From a bacterium (lineage in GTDB: Bacteria; Patescibacteriota; Dojkabacteria; SC72; WJKH01), in the NCBI GenBank assembly GCA_029547225.1, contig JAKPPS010000042.1, positions 4,459 through 68,458 on the forward strand: DNA of 64,000 bases. The letters run 5' to 3'. The notes beneath the pieces were generated by a model. The model did not search any database and was not told the DNA's origin. It saw only the letters and a list, made by a program, of their open reading frames with translations. The number at the start of each line of letters is the position of its first letter. Position 1 is the stretch's first letter. Positions 16,650 through 25,987 of the stretch are shown here, in pieces. The translations under genes and the position numbers were made by a program.

Positions 16650-18251
16650 TTGTTGAATAATATTATGGCTCAAATTGATAAATTCAAAGAAGATATCTCG
16701 CAAGGTTACACTTTTGTGAGTGATAGCATTCTTTTGGGTGCAGCAAAATTACAAGATAGCGTGTACTCCGATCTTAAAATCACTTTACCTCTAAAAACAT
16801 TGAATCGTCATGGTTTGATAACGGGTGCTACTGGTACAGGTAAGACCAAAACTGTGCAAAGATTATGTGAAATGTTATCGGAAAAAAGTATACCTGTCTT
16901 AGTTATGGATATTAAGGGAGATATTTCTGGCATCTCGCAGGTTGGGACATCTAATCCGATAATTGAAGAGAGGATAAAGAGCATAGATTATCAGTGGTCT
17001 CCTAAATCTTATCCTGTCGAGTTTTTATCAATTACTCAAGAAAATGGTATTCGTATGAAAGCAACCGTTTCAGAATTTGGACCTGTACTTTTCGCAAAAA
17101 TATTAGAATTGAACGAGACACAGGAGAGTGTCCTTTCAGTAATCTTTAAGTTTGCTGATGATAATGCTTTGCCACTTGTAGATCTCAAAGATTTAAAGAC
17201 TCTCATCCAACATGTTACAAATGAAGGTAAACAGCAATTTTCTTCACAGTATGGAGCAGTAAGTACTTCTACAACTGGGATAATACTTCGCAAGATAATT
17301 GAGATAGAAAACCAAGGTGCAAACCTTTTTTTTGGTGAAAAATCCTTTGATGTTGAGGATCTTATGAGAATTGATACGCAAGGATATGGATATATAAATA
17401 TACTTAGACTTGCTACTATACAAGATAAACCTAAATTATTCTCTACATTTATGCTTGCATTGTTGGCGGAGATATATCAAAAATTCCCTGAGGAAGGTGA
17501 TATGGATCAACCTAAACTAGTAATGATTATCGATGAGGCACATTTAATTTTCAATAATGCCTCTAGAACATTATTAAATCAGATCGAAACAGTAATTAAG
17601 CTTATCAGATCTAAGGGTGTAGGTATAATTTTTTGTACTCAATCTCCTAACGATATACCGCAAAACATTTTAGGCCAGCTGGGCATGAAAATACAACATG
17701 CTTTGAGAGCTTTTTCTGCGCAAGATAGGACTGCTATACAGTTGATTTCGCGCAATTTCCCAATAACAGAATTTTACAAGACAGATGAAGAGATTACAAA
17801 GTTAGGTATTGGTGAGGCTTTGGTTACAGTACTTAATGAAAAAGGTGAGCCTACTTCGCTTGTGCATACTGTAATTGCTTCTCCACAATCTCGTATGGAT
17901 ACGATTACTTCTCAGGAGCTCGATACTGTAATAAATCTTTCTGCTTTGGTCGGTAAGTACAATACTGTTATAGATCCGATGAGTGCCTATGAAATACTGA
18001 GTGCAAAACTTCAACAAGTGAGTGGTCAGAATGTTAATTCCGATGGTTTTACACAAATAAATGGTGTGCAAAATTACAGTGCAAATCAGCCCAAGTCTTC
18101 GACACCGGTGATCAATAGTCGTTCTTCTTCGAAATCAGATACTAATATGTTTAAATCAATTCTCAAGAGTGCATCTACTTCTTTTGTGCGTAATGCGACT
18201 GGTCAGATTACTAGGTCTGTTCTGGGCTCGATTTTGAAAAAAATGAAGTAG
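16650..18251 (+). CDS. HerA/FtsK-like P-loop ATPase of the DUF853 (YjgR) family
   Basis: 533-aa ORF with Walker A (HGLITGATGTGKTKTVQ) and Walker B (VMIIDEAH). The start may instead be ATG 16665. Confidence 0.75.
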   Translation: MLNNIMAQIDKFKEDISQGYTFVSDSILLGAAKLQDSVYSDLKITLPLKTLNRHGLITGATGTGKTKTVQRLCEMLSEKSIPVLVMDIKGDISGISQVGTSNPIIEERIKSIDYQWSPKSYPVEFLSITQENGIRMKATVSEFGPVLFAKILELNETQESVLSVIFKFADDNALPLVDLKDLKTLIQHVTNEGKQQFSSQYGAVSTSTTGIILRKIIEIENQGANLFFGEKSFDVEDLMRIDTQGYGYINILRLATIQDKPKLFSTFMLALLAEIYQKFPEEGDMDQPKLVMIIDEAHLIFNNASRTLLNQIETVIKLIRSKGVGIIFCTQSPNDIPQNILGQLGMKIQHALRAFSAQDRTAIQLISRNFPITEFYKTDEEITKLGIGEALVTVLNEKGEPTSLVHTVIASPQSRMDTITSQELDTVINLSALVGKYNTVIDPMSAYEILSAKLQQVSGQNVNSDGFTQINGVQNYSANQPKSSTPVINSRSSSKSDTNMFKSILKSASTSFVRNATGQITRSVLGSILKKMK

Positions 18252-18326
18252 ACAAAAAGATATCAGCACAATAAATTCATTCTAGTAAGCATTTATAATG
18301 ATAATTATCTCAAGACCTTCAGAAAA

Positions 18327-19040
18327 CTATTTTTTAACAGTTGATTTCTTAGAAGATCCCTTTGATTTTGCTGTTTTAGTAGACTTTTCAACTTTGCCAG
18401 TAGTAGCTTTTTTCTTTACATCGCTTTTTATGGCTTTTGGGCTTACTTCTTTAGCAATCTTCTTTGTAAAGTTTTTTTTATCAGATGATTGTTTAGCTGG
18501 ACTTTCTGCTTTTGTAGTAGCTTTTTTATCGCTATTTTTATCAATATTAGATGTGTTGTCTTGCATGATAATTGGCTCAAGTAATCTGATGAGTTTGTCA
18601 AGCTTGCCACTAATATTGCTCAAGTGTTCTTTCATCTGTACAAATTCTGCTTTTGAAACGATGTTACTTTCATTGTGAGCTTCAGATTTACCACCTCGAT
18701 CGCTGAAACTATCTCGACTACCAAAACTGTGACTTTGATGTCTGTCAGATCTACGATCATCACCACGATTTCTGTCGCTTCTATAATTTCTATTATCTCT
18801 GTAATTACTTGAATTCTTTTCCTCGCGTCCACCAAATCTATCATCTCGTTCTTTCTCAATTTGTTCAAAACAATCGCTACAATATACAGGTTTGTCATTG
18901 CTTGGCCTAAAAGGAACTTTACACTCTGCACCGCATTGGTCACAGACTGCTTCATACATTTCCTTTTTCCTGTCTCCTCTTGATCTATCACTGAAGTCTC
19001 TACGTCCGCCGAAATTACTTCTACTAAAACTGTTTCTCAT
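18327..19040 (-). CDS. CxxC-x17-CxxC zinc-ribbon protein with R/D/S-rich and K-rich low-complexity tails
   Basis: The N-terminal region CDQCGAECKVPFRPSNDKPVYCSDCF is flanked by RGD/RS repeats, and the C-terminus is lysine-rich. The overlapping ORFs 18298..18678(+) and 18632..18991(-) look like frame shadows. Confidence 0.7.
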   Translation of the reverse strand: MRNSFSRSNFGGRRDFSDRSRGDRKKEMYEAVCDQCGAECKVPFRPSNDKPVYCSDCFEQIEKERDDRFGGREEKNSSNYRDNRNYRSDRNRGDDRRSDRHQSHSFGSRDSFSDRGGKSEAHNESNIVSKAEFVQMKEHLSNISGKLDKLIRLLEPIIMQDNTSNIDKNSDKKATTKAESPAKQSSDKKNFTKKIAKEVSPKAIKSDVKKKATTGKVEKSTKTAKSKGSSKKSTVKK

Positions 19041-19307
19041 ATCTACCTAATCAAAATTATCTTAGGTATTATATCATGGATTTTGTGATTAATGCGTAAA
19101 AAATTAATATAAGATACATATAAGAAAAATGTGCGAGAAACAATATGTAATTATTAGAATAATCTTGCAGAATTTAAGATTTATTTCTTGAGGATTGTTA
19201 TTTAAGAAATATCAGCTGATATACATAAAATTTACTTTGTATTTCAAGCTTTGTTTCTGTACTAGAAAATAGGAGATATATTGTGTCTTTATTTTTCCTT
19301 CAAATTG

Positions 19308-19316
19308 TGATATAAT
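19308..19316 (+). promoter_or_regulatory. Extended -10 promoter (TGATATAAT) for the DEAD-box helicase gene, implying a 5' UTR of about 150 nt
   Basis: TGnTATAAT match at 19308-19316. The UTR contains a 9-bp hairpin, ATATCGGAG/CTCCGATAT, at about 19371-19394. Confidence 0.5.
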
Positions 19317-19473
19317 ACCCACGAATCAAAAAAAGATTCTTCAGGCTTCGGTTAATACATAGTAGTATAGATATCGGAGCTTTGCCTCCGATATGATTTC
19401 CTCATAGGCTTTTCATACGATAAATAGGCGCAAGTCGGTTAAATTTCGACGCTAATTTTTTTTATTTTTTTTC

Positions 19474-21117
19474 ATGGGTAAATTTACATATGGTAATAAA
19501 AGCTCTCAGGAGTTTAAAAGAAATCAGTTTTATCGCAAAAGAAAGAGCGATGATTTTAGGCCGTACACTGGTGGTCGTCGTAATGACAAAAGCAATGATT
19601 CGTCAGTAAATATTGGTCGAGATAATAATACAAAATATCATGGGTACTCAAACAATGAAGGTATGGGTAAGTATCAACAAAGTGGTAGATCAGATAATTT
19701 TACAAGAGATCAGGATAATAATCGTAGAAACAAATCAGATAACAACAATTATGATAGATTTGAGAGGAAGAATAATTATGACAACAAGAAGGGCTTTTCT
19801 CCTACAAAATCTTTTGGAGATGATGGAAAACCAGCAAACGTAAGATCGTACAGTGAAAACAGGTATGGTAGATCAGAAAGAGAACGATTTAATAGAGATA
19901 GTGGAAGAAGATTTGGAAGCGGTTCGGCAAACTCTAACAGGTTTTATCGAGGTAGAGTAGTAGGTGGTCGAGGTAGACGTAAACCTGGATTTGTTTTTGA
20001 TGAAAAAATGTTTGTAAAGAAAGCTATCCCAATTGCTCAAGTTGAGGAGTATGTCCCACAAATTAGATTTAGTGAACTAGATGTGGATCAGGCTTTGAAA
20101 AACAATATTAAAAATAAAGGATATGATATTCCAACGCCAATTCAGGATCAAACATTAGTAAATATTATGGAAGGCAATGACCTTTTGGGAATTGCAGATA
20201 CTGGTACTGGTAAAACAGCTGCTTTTCTTATCCCTATGATTGATAAGATTTTAAAGGATAGAAGTAGCAAGGTTTTGATTATTACACCAACAAGAGAATT
20301 GGCGGATCAAATTAATCAGGAACTTTATACCTTAACCAGAGATATTAAGATATATTCTGTATTATGTATCGGTGGTAGTAATATCAATAATCAGATTTAT
20401 AACCTTAAAAGAGGATATAATTTTGTAATTGGTACACCGGGTCGTTTAAAGGATCTTTTCGATAGAAAATTCCTCGATTTACAAGGTTTTAATACAATTG
20501 TATTGGACGAAGTCGATCGTATGCTAGATATGGGTTTTGTACATGAGATTAAACATCTGATATCATTTTTGCCGGAAAATAGGCAATCTTTATGTTTTTC
20601 TGCTACTGTTGACAAAAAGGTAGAGGAAATAATAAACGCAATATTAAAAGAAAACTATATAAAAGTCTCTGTCAAAACAGGTGAGACTGCTCAGAATGTC
20701 GAACAGGATATTGTTCGTATCGAAAGACATGATGAGAAAATTCCGAAATTAATAGAATTATTAAACAGTGATGGTTTCGAAAAGGTCTTAGTCTTTGTAA
20801 ATACAAAGAGAGAAGTAGATCATCTTGATAGGCAGCTTTTTGATAAGGGGTTTAAAGTTACATCAATACACGGAGAAAAGCGTCAAAGAGAAAGACAAAG
20901 AGCTATTGAGAGTTTTAAAAATGGTAGAGCAAAAATATTAGTTGCGACAGATGTTGCAGCACGAGGTTTAGATATCAAAAATGTTACTCATGTAATAAAT
21001 TATGATATACCTATGAACTATGAGGATTATATTCATCGAGTCGGTAGGACTGGTCGTGCGAACAAAATGGGTGTTGCTTTGACTTTTGTTGAAGGACATA
21101 ACACTTCAGCAAGGTAA
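19474..21117 (+). CDS. DEAD-box ATP-dependent RNA helicase (DEVD variant) with a low-complexity N-terminal extension of about 170 aa
   Basis: Motifs ADTGTGKTAAF, PTRELA, TPGRL, DEVD, SAT and HRVGRTGRA. The N-terminus is rich in R/N/D/S/G. Confidence 0.9.
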   Translation: MGKFTYGNKSSQEFKRNQFYRKRKSDDFRPYTGGRRNDKSNDSSVNIGRDNNTKYHGYSNNEGMGKYQQSGRSDNFTRDQDNNRRNKSDNNNYDRFERKNNYDNKKGFSPTKSFGDDGKPANVRSYSENRYGRSERERFNRDSGRRFGSGSANSNRFYRGRVVGGRGRRKPGFVFDEKMFVKKAIPIAQVEEYVPQIRFSELDVDQALKNNIKNKGYDIPTPIQDQTLVNIMEGNDLLGIADTGTGKTAAFLIPMIDKILKDRSSKVLIITPTRELADQINQELYTLTRDIKIYSVLCIGGSNINNQIYNLKRGYNFVIGTPGRLKDLFDRKFLDLQGFNTIVLDEVDRMLDMGFVHEIKHLISFLPENRQSLCFSATVDKKVEEIINAILKENYIKVSVKTGETAQNVEQDIVRIERHDEKIPKLIELLNSDGFEKVLVFVNTKREVDHLDRQLFDKGFKVTSIHGEKRQRERQRAIESFKNGRAKILVATDVAARGLDIKNVTHVINYDIPMNYEDYIHRVGRTGRANKMGVALTFVEGHNTSAR

Positions 21118-21228
21118 GCCATTCGAGTTAAGTAATAAAGCTGTAATAATACATAGATTTTTCTAGTAGAAGTTTTCCTTTTATAAGAAAATGTTGTAAA
21201 ATCAATACCGTTATATTGAACACAACAT

Positions 21229-22986
21229 ATGAAACCCTTATTCAAATTTATAAAAATTTATAACAACCATTTAAAGGACAAATTATTTTGGAGGATATTA
21301 ATAGGCATTTTAATCCTCGTTTATACTTTTGTTCTGAACTATTCAGTGTGGATTCTCGGTGGCTTGATCGATGGTATTGGTTCAGATCAAAATGTCTTGA
21401 TCCAAAAGCTTACATTAATTCTTGTAGTAATTGCTGCTCCAATTGTTATTGAACCTATTCTATTTACTATAATATCGTATGTCGGCATCATTTTTAATGC
21501 TAGGATGACAAAGAATGTTTTTTCAAAGCTGATGTCTCAAGATTATAGCTTTCATATTAATAAACAAACTGGTAAATTGATATCCAAGGTTTTTAAAGTT
21601 AATGACTTGTCAGGACTTTTTGCATGGGATTTAGGTATATGGCTTTTCCAAAATATCCTTAATTTTATAATTCCTATATTTTTAGTATCAATCATAGATT
21701 ATCGAATTTCTCTAATCCTACTTGCAGTTCTAATCGTTTCTTTTCCCCTTCTTGCACTAATAGTTAAAATAAATGTCAAATATCGTGCGAAAGCGAGAGA
21801 TGAGGAATATGCACGGAACAACGTAATCACTGATGGTTTAGAAAATTTTTCTACTGTGAGAGCATTCGGTCGTGAAAAACAAGAAGTTTATCTTTTGGAG
21901 GAAGCTGCAAAACGTTACGCAAAAGCAGATATGAAATACTCATTATCATGGAGATTAGTTGATTTTGTTTCCCGCTTGCTTGGTATTATTATGTTTATTG
22001 CGGTTTCATTCTATATTGTTAATAGCTATTCAAATGGATTAATTACAATAGGTCAAATTGTTGTAATAATTTCATATATGATTTCATTTTTGGATCGTTT
22101 TGTAAGTCTTTTCTTCTCAATCAGAAATATAATCAAGGATGTACCAATAATGTCTGATATTATTGAGATTCTTGAGGCAAAGGTGACAATTGTTGATCCA
22201 ATACAGCCTAAAGAGATTGAGAAATATCTAGGGCAAATAGATATTGATGATGTTACTTTTGGGTACAAAAAAGAATATCCAGTAATTCAAAGTATTTCAA
22301 TAAAAATCAAGCCTGATAGTAAAATTGCTTTTGTCGGACAATCTGGTGGTGGCAAAACAACTCTTACAAAATTGATTATGCGATACTACGATCCAGATCA
22401 TGGGAGTATAAAAATAGATGGAGTTGATATAAAAGATTTAAAATATGATGAGCTTCGCAAGTATATTGGTTTGGTACCACAGGAACCTGTACTTTTCAAT
22501 AAAAGCATTTTTTATAATGTCGCTTATGGATTGGATTCAGATATTCATGATGAAGAAATAAGGAGAAAATTGGTATGTGATGCTTGCAAAAAAGCACAAA
22601 TACATGATTTTATTGAATCTTTGCCTGAAAAATATGAAACGATAATTGGAGAACGCGGTTTGAAATTATCTGGAGGGCAAAAACAGCGAATAGCTATCGC
22701 TCAGGTTCTACTTAAGAATCCTATGATTGTAATTTTTGATGAGGCTACCAGTCAGTTAGACAGTGAGAGTGAGAAAGCTATTCAAAAGGCATTCGGACAT
22801 ATGAGTCAGGGCAAAACAACAATAATTATTGCTCATAGATTAAGTACCATAAAGAATGTTGATAGGATATATCTTATCGACAATGGAAAAGTTCGAGAGG
22901 AAGGTACTCATGAAGAGCTACTTAAGATCGGCGGTATTTACAAGACTTTATGGGATATTCAGAGTGGTGGTTTTGTGGAAGAATAG
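21229..22986 (+). CDS. ABC transporter, fused permease/ATP-binding protein (exporter type)
   Basis: N-terminal 6-TM region, Walker A GQSGGGKTT, signature LSGGQKQR and Walker B IVIFDEATS. Confidence 0.9.
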   Translation: MKPLFKFIKIYNNHLKDKLFWRILIGILILVYTFVLNYSVWILGGLIDGIGSDQNVLIQKLTLILVVIAAPIVIEPILFTIISYVGIIFNARMTKNVFSKLMSQDYSFHINKQTGKLISKVFKVNDLSGLFAWDLGIWLFQNILNFIIPIFLVSIIDYRISLILLAVLIVSFPLLALIVKINVKYRAKARDEEYARNNVITDGLENFSTVRAFGREKQEVYLLEEAAKRYAKADMKYSLSWRLVDFVSRLLGIIMFIAVSFYIVNSYSNGLITIGQIVVIISYMISFLDRFVSLFFSIRNIIKDVPIMSDIIEILEAKVTIVDPIQPKEIEKYLGQIDIDDVTFGYKKEYPVIQSISIKIKPDSKIAFVGQSGGGKTTLTKLIMRYYDPDHGSIKIDGVDIKDLKYDELRKYIGLVPQEPVLFNKSIFYNVAYGLDSDIHDEEIRRKLVCDACKKAQIHDFIESLPEKYETIIGERGLKLSGGQKQRIAIAQVLLKNPMIVIFDEATSQLDSESEKAIQKAFGHMSQGKTTIIIAHRLSTIKNVDRIYLIDNGKVREEGTHEELLKIGGIYKTLWDIQSGGFVEE

Positions 22987-23143
22987 ACTATAAATAATCA
23001 TTACAGCGGCTAGACTCATTTGACTGTTTTCAGTTCAGTATCAGCGATACTATGATTTTATTCTATTGATAGCCAAAATCGCATCCCTATTGAAAATTCC
23101 TGTAAAAGCTTTATGATTAAATAATAACTTTAGTCAAAAATAT

Positions 23144-24127
23144 ATGGAAAAGCCAAAAAAGAAAACATGGTTGATAGTATTGCTTTCAATATTAGGAGTT
23201 GTTGTGATATGTATTGGGGGAATAATAATTGCAGGGATAACAATATTCAATTCAAGTGAAAATAGTACTATCTCGCGAAGTAGTTATGATTATGATGACG
23301 GTGTAAGTTCTACATCATATTTGAATAAAGCTGCTGGTTCAGCTGATTATGCCTATGAAGAAACTGCAATAGCTCCTGAGTATTATCAATCAGAAGGCTC
23401 TTCAGAAACACTTAACCAAGTTGTACTAAAAAGTGGTAGTTTGAGCATTGTTATAGATGATTTCGATGAATCACAAAAGGCTATCGAAGAAGCAACTCAG
23501 AGATATAACGGTTATGTTGTAAGTATAAGTGATTATGGTATAGACAATGATAAAGTTGTATATATGTCGGTACGAGTTCCGGCTGAATCCTTTGACAGTG
23601 CGATTGAAGAGTTTAAAGCTTTGGGTAATGAAGTAATCGATCTTTCAATAAATACTGACGATGTCACAATGGAATATGTTGATTTACAGGCTAGATTAGA
23701 GAATCTAAAGACTTCCGAAAGACAATTTACTGAAATTATGTCTAGAGCTGTCGATATTGAAGATGTTTTAGCTGTACAAAGGGAATTAACTAATGTAAGG
23801 TCTCAGATTGAGTCTTTACAAGGTCAAATCAATTATTATGATAATCATAGTGAGCTTTCAACAATATCTATAAGTATGTCACTTAATCCTGACAATATTG
23901 TGATCCCAGAAGAACAGTGGAGACCTTTAGGTGTTCTCAAAAATGCATTCCTTGCCTTTGTAGAGTTCTTAAAGGGAGTATTTGTTATGATTGTATGGAT
24001 TGTTGTATTCTCTCCAATTATTATAATCCCTTACATTGTAATTAGATTAATAATCAAGGCAAACAAGAAAAAAGCGAATAAAATGGCTATTGAAGATGGT
24101 GCAAAAGTGGAGAAAAACAACAAGTAG
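23144..24127 (+). CDS. DUF4349-like membrane-anchored protein
   Basis: N-terminal TM segment, a central coiled-coil region (DLQARLENLKTSERQF...LQGQINYYDN) and a C-terminal TM segment. This architecture is typical of DUF4349. Confidence 0.6.
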   Translation: MEKPKKKTWLIVLLSILGVVVICIGGIIIAGITIFNSSENSTISRSSYDYDDGVSSTSYLNKAAGSADYAYEETAIAPEYYQSEGSSETLNQVVLKSGSLSIVIDDFDESQKAIEEATQRYNGYVVSISDYGIDNDKVVYMSVRVPAESFDSAIEEFKALGNEVIDLSINTDDVTMEYVDLQARLENLKTSERQFTEIMSRAVDIEDVLAVQRELTNVRSQIESLQGQINYYDNHSELSTISISMSLNPDNIVIPEEQWRPLGVLKNAFLAFVEFLKGVFVMIVWIVVFSPIIIIPYIVIRLIIKANKKKANKMAIEDGAKVEKNNK

Positions 24128-24241
24128 TGTAATTTGAGAGGATTTTTTTAAAAGCCTTTAGAAATTATAAAAATACTTGTACGGTATAGAGAACAGTCCT
24201 TTTGTACAAACATAATTAATATGCTTTTGATAGGAGGATAA

Positions 24242-25351
24242 ATGGCAATTAGGAAGGTCACATCGTTTGCATATGAAGAAGGTCAACCAGATAAAATGTC
24301 TGACATAATTGCAGATACCGTATTAGATCAAATGTTGGTTGATGATCCGGAAACCATAGCTGATATCAAAGTGTCAATATCGAAAGAAAAGATTGATATA
24401 TTTGGTGAGGTTAATACTTCTGCGAAAAATCATTTTGAGAAATCAGTTCGTGAGGTAATTCGAGAAATAGGTTATATCGATCAGGAATCCGGGATAGATC
24501 CTTATCGCTGTGAGATAGAAAGCAAATTTCAAAAGCAGTCTCAAGATATTAGTCGAGGTATATATTCAGACAACAGTATAAAAGGAAGTAGGATAGGTTT
24601 GATCTATGGTTATGCAACAAATGAGACACCTCAATATGCTCCTTTAGCATATATTCTTGCGAATGGCGTAATTGAAAGGTTAACAATAGCAAGAAAATCT
24701 GGAATAGTTGAAGGATTATTACCTGATGGACAAGTAATGGTTGTGATGAATTACGATGATGATAGAGCACAATCATTGGATAGCATAATTTTGGCTTCCC
24801 ACCATGCACAATCTACAGATACGGATTGGCTCAAACATGATCTTACAGAAAAAGTTATTCGTACAGTATGTAAAAATTATATTACTGATGAAACTAAAAT
24901 CGTAATAAATCCTTCGGGTCGGTTTAGTATCGGAGGACCTGCTGCCGATTGTGGTCAATCAGGAGTAAATATACAAGATGCGACCTGGGGTAGTATTACT
25001 CGCTATAGTGGTATAGGTTTTGCAGGTAAAGATCCGAGTAAAATCGATCGTACTTGTGCATTAATGGCTCGTCATGTCGCAAAAGAAGTAGTATCTAGAA
25101 AAATGGCGCAGAGGTGTGAGATCATACTTACATATTCAATTGGTATAGCAGATCCGTTATCGATAGAAGTTGATACGCAGGGCACTTCCAATGTAGATGA
25201 AATGCAGATTTTAGATATGATAAAGGGTGAATTTTCCTTTAATACCGGTGATATAATTAAACAGTTTGATCTGAGAAGACCAATATATAAAAGTATGACT
25301 GAAGCCGGTATATTTTTATTTCAAGATGATCATAAAAAATCAGCACTATAA
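24242..25351 (+). CDS. S-adenosylmethionine synthetase-like protein, strongly diverged at catalytic positions
   Basis: Collinear with MetK (GQPDK..., GYATNET, GGPAADCG, FAGKDPSKIDR, ARHVAK). GHPDK is replaced by GQPDK, and GLTGRKIIVDTYGG by GQSGVNIQDATWGS. Confidence 0.7.
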   Translation: MAIRKVTSFAYEEGQPDKMSDIIADTVLDQMLVDDPETIADIKVSISKEKIDIFGEVNTSAKNHFEKSVREVIREIGYIDQESGIDPYRCEIESKFQKQSQDISRGIYSDNSIKGSRIGLIYGYATNETPQYAPLAYILANGVIERLTIARKSGIVEGLLPDGQVMVVMNYDDDRAQSLDSIILASHHAQSTDTDWLKHDLTEKVIRTVCKNYITDETKIVINPSGRFSIGGPAADCGQSGVNIQDATWGSITRYSGIGFAGKDPSKIDRTCALMARHVAKEVVSRKMAQRCEIILTYSIGIADPLSIEVDTQGTSNVDEMQILDMIKGEFSFNTGDIIKQFDLRRPIYKSMTEAGIFLFQDDHKKSAL

Positions 25352-25395
25352 ATAATCCGTAAATGTGCATGAGCTAATTCTATGATGAGGCCCTT

Positions 25396-25445
25396 GGATT
25401 GTAATGGTGACGGTGTTGTTTACTGTAAAACGCTTGGTTATATAT
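25396..25445 (+). repeat. Box-2 intergenic repeat
   Basis: GGATTGTAATGGTGACGGTGTTGTTTACTGTAAAACGCTTGGTTATATA. Confidence 0.65.
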
Positions 25446-25576
25446 ATATTGTACACAAAATATCATAGATTTCGCGCGACCTTACTAGTACTAGGTTTCT
25501 TGAACTTTTTAAAACAAGCATGATGTGTTTTACTCTCTATTCTTAGTCATAATTTTCTGCAAAAAACCTCTAAAAA

Positions 25577-25585
25577 TGGTATAAT
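25577..25585 (+). promoter_or_regulatory. Extended -10 promoter (TGGTATAAT) for the RNase P RNA
   Basis: Perfect TGnTATAAT ending 5 nt before the first base of helix P1. Confidence 0.7.
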
Positions 25586-25590
25586 ATTAT

Positions 25591-25964
25591 GGCAAGTATT
25601 CTAGACAGTTGCCCCTCCTTCTAAGTAATTTCTGATTATTTAGGCGGAGGGGAGGAAAGTCCGGACTTCAAGCTGTCTCCAGCAATACGGAGATGATGCC
25701 TGTGAGAGCAGGGTAGGTGTGAGCTTACGGATAAAAGGGCAACAGAAAATTACCGCCTCACGCAAGTGAGGTAAGGGTGAAAAGGTGAGGTAAGAGCTCA
25801 CCGCATCTGCTGTAAAGTAAGATGGCTATGTAACCCCCTTCAGAAGCAAGGTCAAACCGCAGGTATCGGTTGCGATACCGGATATATCGGTAATTTATTA
25901 CTAGGTATTATCCAGATAGATAACTGTCCAAAACAGAATTCGGCTTATTGGATGCTTGCCACTA
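25591..25964 (+). ncRNA. rnpB: RNase P RNA, bacterial type A
   Basis: Universal blocks GAGGAAAGTCCGG, GGTAAGGGTGAAA, GGTAAGAGC, AGCAAGG and ACAGAATTCGGCTTA. P1 pairs GGCAAGTA (25591-) with (T)GCTTGCC (-25960). Confidence 0.95.
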
Positions 25965-25987
25965 TTCTAATAGTTAGCCTCCAATTA

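Noticed and set aside
18298-18991. ORFs 18298..18678 (+) and 18632..18991 (-) overlap the CxxC zinc-ribbon gene.
   Set aside because: These are alternative-frame and antisense shadows created by the low-complexity repeat composition. Only frame 18327..19040 (-) contains a recognisable zinc-ribbon domain.
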